A stretch of 64,000 bases of DNA from Phyllobates terribilis (lineage: Eukaryota): NCBI RefSeq assembly GCF_046119375.1, contig NW_027362767.1, positions 260,896,001 to 260,960,000 of the forward strand, written 5' to 3'. Shown one piece after another: positions 59,134 through 64,000 of this stretch. A model generated the notes under the pieces. The model had not been told where the DNA came from. It did no database searches and was given only the letters and a program-made list of their open reading frames with translations. Every line of letters begins with the position of its first letter. Position 1 is the stretch's first letter. Position numbers and translations under genes: made by a program.

Positions 59134-59551
59134 TTATACGCCAAGTCTCCAACATGGAGATGAAGCATGGAGACGTTCCCTGCATCACTGTATTACCGTA
59201 TATGCCTTGTGTTCATTGTCAAGATCTTACATTATACCCTAGGGCTGAAACCTGTTCACCTGATCCTTCTCCGATGGCTGTTACAGTTGGATCCAGTTTA
59301 CAAATTGTTTTTTCGTGCACTGATACATTGTAGCAAACTATCAGAAAAAATGAGATTTGTGCTGTTAATGTGATTTTCTGGACTGGATACATACAATATT
59401 AAAATATATATATATTTTTTTCCAAATACGTTTGCTCTGATTTTAGTCTCTGGATGTAAACATGGGAGTTTCTGTTCACCGACAGCAGGCAAAGAGCTGG
59501 GAAATAATGAGGTTTTCAAACAAAGACTTCTACATAAAAAAAAATGTCTAA

Positions 59552-60442
59552 GGCTATGTGCCCACGATGCAGAAATGCTCAGGATTTTTTCCTGAGCGTT
59601 TCTGCATCTCCCTGGCAGAAAAAACGCATGCGGATTGTACATGCGGATTGTACATGCGGATTGTACATGCGGATTGTACATGCGTTTTTCCTGCCAGGGA
59701 CGTGCGGATGTGAAGCGTTCTTTACTTGCATTTCCGCATGCGGGTTGACAAGCGCTTTCCAAGCGATATTAGCATCACTTGGAAAGTGTTTGACAACTTG
59801 GTCACACTATATAAATCCATGCAGCCGGCCTGGATTTATATAGTGTGACCGAAAGAATGTCAAAAAATAAAAAATATACTTACCCTCCGATGGCCCGCGC
59901 TGTCTTGCTTCCCTCTGTCTCGGCTGCCGGCAGCAGTACACTGAAGGACCTGCCGACGTCAGCGTCGCGTGACCAGTCACATGACCATGACGTCAGCGCA
60001 GGTCCTTCATTCCATCGCGAAGTGCCGGGAAGCAAGGAGCGCAGCGCGGGCCGACAGAAGGTAAGTATACATTTATTTTTTATTTTACAGCTTTTTTAAT
60101 GGTACCTGGGTGTGGATGAGACTCTCCTCTCCTCTCCACCTGGGTACCATCCGCACATTAGAACGCGCCAATTACGCAAGTACAGATGCAGTCTTGCGGA
60201 ATTGGCGCGTTCTACTGCAAGTCAATGGCGGCAAAAACGCAGAGCTTCCGCAAAATAATTGGTAGTGCTGCGTTTTTTTCCGCAATGATAATCCGCAGCG
60301 GAAATTTCCGCAGCATGTGCACAGCACATGCGGATTATCATTGGGGGACATGGCAGACCTTCTACCATGCGTTTTTTAAGCGTTTCTGCAGCGTTTTTGC
60401 CGCTGCAGAAACGCTTAAAAAACGCATCGTGGGCACACAGCC
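59552..60442. mobile_element. MITE family H, complete copy
   Basis: TAA|GGCTATGTGCCCACGATGC ... GCATCGTGGGCACACAGCC|TTA. Confidence 0.88.
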
Positions 60443-60469
60443 TTAATACATTTTGTTATATACCATATA

Positions 60470-62032
60470 CAGGTGCTTCTCACAAAATTAGAATATCATG
60501 AAAAAGTTCATTTATTTCAGTTCTTCAATACAAAAAGTGAAACTCCTATTATATAGAGTCATTACAAACAGAGTGATCTATTTCAAGTGTTTATTTCTGT
60601 TAATGATGATGATTATGGCTTACAGCCAATGAAAACACAAGAGTCATTATCTCAGTAAATTAGAATAATTAACAAAAAACACCTGCAAAGGCTTCCTAAG
60701 CGTTTTAAAAGGCCCTTTAGTCTGTTTCAGTAGGCTCCACAATCAGGGGGAAGACTGTTGACTTGACAGATGTCCAGAAGGCAGTCATTGACACACTCCA
60801 CAAGGAGGGTAAGCCACAAAAGGTCATTGCTAAAGAAGCTGGCTGTTCACAGAGTGCTGTATCCAAGCATATTAATGGAAAGGTGAGTGGAAGGAAAAAG
60901 TGTGGTAGAAAAAGGTGCACAAGCAACCGGGATAACCGCAGTCTTGAAAGGATTGTTAAGAAAAGGCCATGCAAAAATTTGGGGGAGATTCACAAGGAGT
61001 GGACTGCTGCTGGAGTCATTGCTTCAACAGCCACCACACACAGACGTATCCAGGACATGGGCTACAAGTGTCACATTCCTTGTGTCAAGTCACTCATGAC
61101 CAATAGACAACGCCAGAAGCGTCTTACCTGGGCCAAGGAGAAAAAGACCTGGACTGTTCTCAGTGCTCCAAGGTGTTGTTTTCAGCTGAAAGTAAATTTT
61201 GCATTTCATTTGGAAATCAAGGTCCCAGAGTCTGGAGGAAGAGTGGAGAGGCCACAATCCAAGCTGCTGGAGGTCTAGTGTGAAGTCTCCACAATCAGTG
61301 ATGGTTTGGGGAGCCATGTCATCTGCTGGTGTAGGTCCACTGTGTTTTATCAAGACCAAAGTCCGCGCAGCCGTCTACCAGGACATTTTAGAGCACTTCA
61401 TGCTTCCCTCTGCCGACAAGCTTTTTGGAGATGGAAATGTCATTCTCCAGCAGGACTTGGCCCCTGTCCACACTGCCAAAAGTACCAATACCTGGTTTAC
61501 ACACAACAGTATCACTGTGCTTGATTGGCTGCAAACTCGCCTGACCTTAACCTCATAGAGAATCTATGGGGTATTGTCAGAGGAAGATGAGAGACCCCAG
61601 ACCCAACAATGCAGACGAGCTGAAGGCTGCTATCAAAGCAACCTGGGCTTCCATAACACCTCAGCAGTGCCACAGGCTGATCGCCTCCATGCCACATTGC
61701 CACATTGCCGCATTGATGCAGGAATTGATGCAAAAGGAGCCCGACCAAGTATTGAGGGCATTTACTGAACATACATTTCAGTAGGCCAACATTTCAGATT
61801 TTAAAAACATTTTTCAAGCTGTTGTTATAAAGTATTCTAATTTACTGAGATAATGACTTTTGTGTTTTCATTGGCTGTAATCCATAATCATCAACATTAA
61901 CAGAAATAAACACTTGAAATAGATCACTCTGTGTGTAATGACTCTATATAATATAGGAGTTTCACTGTTTGTATTCAAGAACTGAAATAAATTAACTTTT
62001 TGATGATTTTTTAATTTTGTGAGAAGCACCTG
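60470..62032 (+). mobile_element. Tc1 DD34E element (1563 bp), frameshifted transposase at about 60740-61790
   Basis: TA|CAGGTGCTTCTCACAAAATTA TIRs|TA. Motifs SVMVWGAMS, QQDLAPVHTAKS, PDLN.IENLW. Confidence 0.92.
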
Positions 62033-62311
62033 TATATAAAAGCACTTGAATCCAGTGGTCTGCAGCCTGGTGATCTCCAGCAGCTGGGGAACTACAACGC
62101 TCAGAACATCATGGCAGCCTACAGCCACATATAGGCAGATACTGAATATATTAGATGACTAAAAGGAGATGCATCACTCAGTGTACTGGCTTAATATAAG
62201 GGGGACTAACAAAGGGGGTGATTTGAGGGTTACTACAAAGGGAGGAGCTCTGCACATATTAGCATTGTGCTCCCACAGAACAGACATGGATCCTGGTCTC
62301 CTCTGCAGGTT

Positions 62312-62317
62312 TTTATT
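62312..62317 (-). promoter_or_regulatory. Candidate polyadenylation signal of SSNA1
   Basis: AATAAA on the minus strand, about 85 nt after the stop. Confidence 0.55.
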
Positions 62318-62400
62318 ACATTACAGCTCATTATAAAAATACTATAATACACTAACTGTCATCTCATCCCCTCACCCCATAAACACTCAGTCCGGTCTGA

Positions 62401-62499
62401 TCACGTGCTCGGGGCATTTCCTCGTACGTCAGTGGCTTTACCAAGATTACCAGCCTCCCTCTTGAGGACATTCAATAATGTCTGTGAGCTTTCCAGGAT
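62401..62499 (-). CDS. SSNA1: SSNA1 (NA14) last coding exon: [32 protein letters not shown]
   Basis: Minus-strand acceptor cttctctttttgggtttattacag|ATC. The peptide matches human SSNA1 [23 protein letters not shown] as recalled (21 of 23). Upstream exons lie beyond the window. Confidence 0.9.
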   Translation of the reverse strand: [32 protein letters not shown]

Positions 62500-62625
62500 C
62501 TGTAATAAACCCAAAAAGAGAAGCTGAAGACTCAAATATCTGCTACATGTGATGACCCCATAACATTCCTGTACGTATGAGGCCATATTATAGCAGTTAT
62601 ATTCTTGTACATAAAGGACAGAACC

Positions 62626-63923
62626 ATAATACTGCCCCTATGTACAAGAATATAACTACTATAATACTGCCCCTATATACAATATAACTACTGTAAAACT
62701 GCCCCTCTGTACAAGACTATAACTACAAAAATACTATAATACTGCTCCTATGTGCAAGAATATAACTACTATAATACTGCCCCTATGTACAAGAATATAT
62801 CTACTATAATACTGCCCCCTATGTACAAGAATATAACTACTACTGTATAATACTGCCCCCTATGTACAAGAATATAACTACAATAATACTGCCCCCTATG
62901 TACAAGAATATAACTACTATAATACTACCCCCTATGTACAAGAATATAACTACTATAATACTGCCCCCTATGTACAAGAATATAACTACTACTGTATAAT
63001 ACTGCCCCCCTATGTACAAGAATATAACTACTATAATACTGCTCCCTATGTACAAGAATATAACTACTATAATACTGCTCCCTATGTGCAAGAATATAAC
63101 TACTATAATACTGCCCCCTATGTACAAGAATATGACTACTATAATACTGCTCCTATGTACCAGAATATAACTACGATAATACTGCCTCCTATGTACAAGA
63201 ATATAACTACTATAATACTGCTCCTATGTACAAGAATATAACTACTATAATACTGCTCCTATATACAAGAATATAACTACTATAATACTGCTCCTATGTA
63301 CAAGAATATAACTACTATAATACTGCCCCCTATGTACAAGAATATAACTACTATAATACTGCCTCCTATGTACAAGAATATGACTACTATAATACTGCTC
63401 CTATGTACCAGAATATAACTACGATAATACTGCCTCCTATGTACAAGAATATAACTACTATAATACTGTCCCTATATACAAGAATATAACTACTATAATA
63501 CTGCCTCCTATGTACAAGAATATAACTACTATAATACTGCTCCTATATACAAGAATATAACTACTATAATACTGCTCCTATGTACAAGAATATAACTACT
63601 ATAATACTGCTCCTATATACAAGAATATAACTACTATAATACTGCCCCTATATACAAGAATATAACTACTATAATACTGCTCCTATGTACAAGAATATAA
63701 CTACTATAATACTGCCCCCTATGTACAAGAATAACTACTCTAATACTGCCCCCTATGTACACGAATATAACTACTATAATACTGCTCCTATGTACAAGAA
63801 TATAACTATTATAATACTGCTCCTATGTACAAGAATATAATTACTATAATACTGCCCCTATGTAGAATAATATAACTACTATAATACTGCACCCATGTAA
63901 AAGAAAATAACTACTATAATACT
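62626..63923. repeat. About 35-40-bp minisatellite (TATGTACAAGAATATAACTACTATAATACTGCCCCC) in the last SSNA1 intron
   Basis: Visible array. One inverted unit precedes it at 62586-62613. Confidence 0.95.
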
Positions 63924-64000
63924 GAAGAAGTAGGAGAAAAGCCAGGTCATCAAGGAATAGGTGCACGGATCCTGTACAGCATCAGAGGAGTAAAACGGAA

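Noticed and set aside
62401-62586. 61-aa minus-strand ORF starting MASYVQ
   Set aside because: Only 62401-62499 is coding (SSNA1 last exon); the upstream part is the polypyrimidine tract and intron.
63924-64000. Minus-strand pyrimidine tract plus CAG as another exon boundary, or SSNA1 exon 2
   Set aside because: It would splice into the minisatellite, and no SSNA1 coding sequence (…AYLK|GT) is visible.

Overview
This is vertebrate genomic DNA, very probably from a frog (inferred from the repeat families), and it is dominated by transposons. Positions 1-41,000 are almost wholly nested elements: a decayed L1 with a solo LTR and a hAT MITE inside it; a Penelope-like locus (inverted copy, GIY-YIG end, tandem copy) hit by a 7.2-kb hAT and by a chromovirus Gypsy that itself holds a hAT MITE, a 138-bp insert and a near-complete piggyBac; DD38E Tc1 copies; a gag-protease-only Gmr1/SCAN LTR element; L2 fragments; and many MITEs. 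Two host genes were found by reading splice sites, since the ORF track does not resolve their exons. The first is 16 consecutive in-frame exons (equivalent to exons 2-17, 516 codons plus stop, all GT-AG) of an SLC47A/MATE multidrug and toxin extrusion transporter on + (41,061-58,939); no exon 1 was found in the window. The second is the last coding exon of SSNA1/NA14 on - (62,401-62,499), tail-to-tail with the first. The best leads are: the MATE protein differs from human MATE1 at several conserved C-lobe positions and sits beside SSNA1 rather than in the mammalian SLC47A neighbourhood; Harbinger-type MITEs end at the likely branch points of two exons; and a minimal hammerhead ribozyme lies antisense in intron 9. 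No database search was run. Human protein comparisons are from memory, TE superfamily calls rest on motifs, TIRs and TSDs, and the edges of decayed elements and arrays are approximate.
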